Origin: the human T2T-CHM13v2.0 reference genome, Homo sapiens
Assembly (NCBI RefSeq): GCF_009914755.1
Contig: NC_060925.1
Direction: 5' to 3' (one strand)
Length of the DNA: 64,000 bases
Position numbers and translations under genes: made by a program. Positions 62,720 to 64,000 of this stretch are shown one piece after another (positions within the stretch are counted from its first letter, which is position 1; each line of letters starts with the position of its first letter). Under the pieces are notes generated by a model. It was not told where the DNA came from, did no database searches, and saw nothing but the letters and a program-made list of their open reading frames with translations.

Positions 62720-62979
62720 AATCTTGATGACATGCTCCTGGATTTTAAGTGTGACATGCCACGTTTAGCTAACACTTTCACATTTCCAATTAAGATAAGC
62801 CTTAATTTGAAACCATCACCATTCTTAGAATTGATACCTAAACCTAAGGATGTTATACATTTGTTAATTATAATTCTACAGAGCCTTACAACATCCACAG
62901 TACTAAGAACAAACATTTCTTAGTACAAAAAAAAATGCATTTTAATGCTAAAGACTCCATTCAAGCAACGGTCTTTTTA

Positions 62980-63220
62980 GAGGCAGAACAGTACAGTAAA
63001 AGCACAGATGCTTGAGCCAAATTGCCTAAGACCAAATTCTAATTTCACCACTTTGGCTGTATAACTTGACACAAGTTACTCAACCTGTCTATGCCTTAGT
63101 TTCCTCACCTAAGGAATGAGGATGATAAAATCAGTACCCATCTCACAAGCCTGCCATAAGGATTGACTTCATGTACATACAGGATTGAAAACAGTGACTG
63201 ACAGTAGTAAGGACTTTTAT
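62980..63220 (+). mobile_element. MIR
   Basis: acaagttactcaacctgtctatgccttagtttcctcacc core. Confidence 0.7.
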
Positions 63221-63310
63221 ATGCATCAGCCATTTTTTTTTTAAACAGGGATTTTACACGTTGCAAGCATACTGTATTTTTTATTAGTGGTTAAGAGGAT
63301 TATTCATTAG

Positions 63311-63629
<319 letters not shown>

Positions 63630-63673
63630 TACAAATTTTATATATAGAGAGAAAGGTAGAGAAAAAGACAGCT

Positions 63674-63826
63674 GGGTGGGTGGGGGGAGTACGGGGGAAA
63701 GGAAGGAAGGAAGAAAGGGAAGAAGGAAGCGAGGGAGGGAGGAAGGGAGGAAGGCAGGAAGGGAGGGAAGAAGGAAGGGAGGGAGGGAGGGAGGGGAAAA
63801 AAGCAAGCAAGCAAGCAGGCAAGCAA
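63674..63826 (+). repeat. G-rich low-complexity tract (GGGT/GGAA/GGGA/GCAA)
   Basis: Direct reading. Confidence 0.9.
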
Positions 63827-64000
63827 GGGAGCTTAGAAAGCAAGCTTTGGCAGGAGTGGAGTACACCTGCAGAGTATATAGGGAGTGGTAATGGGGAGGG
63901 GTGGTAATGGAGGGTCGGACTTCCAGCCCTTACCTGAATCAGCCTTTCAGGATCAGGAGAGGGAAAGAGAGCATTCAAAACCAAGGGAGGCAGAGAGGAG

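Overview
AT-rich primate (human-like) genomic DNA lying entirely inside the COP1 (RFWD2) E3 ubiquitin-ligase gene, which is on the minus strand. Six short coding exons can be read with GT-AG boundaries: 59085-59161, 58139-58258, 44274-44342, 31755-31814, 30277-30353 and 11952-12009. They are probably exons 4-9 (numbering from my recall of the gene) and splice into one open frame covering the post-RING/coiled-coil region ([26 protein letters not shown]...STEYSQPPGFSGSSQ). The rest is intron containing about 28 Alu copies or fragments, many L1 fragments (two with 5' inversions), LTR8 and MLT1 solo LTRs, Tigger3 and hAT DNA elements, L2/MIR, microsatellites and a perfect 13x39-bp VNTR. Nearly all ORF-track entries are repeat-derived noise. 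I found no CRISPR, RNA gene or convincing new multi-gene system. The best leads are splicing-level: an alternative donor in exon 4, a NAGNAG acceptor at exon 9, three consecutive symmetric exons, and two candidate poison (micro)exons at 25075-25087 and ending at 63934. Repeat subfamily names are by eye, and repeat boundaries are approximate unless TSDs are given.
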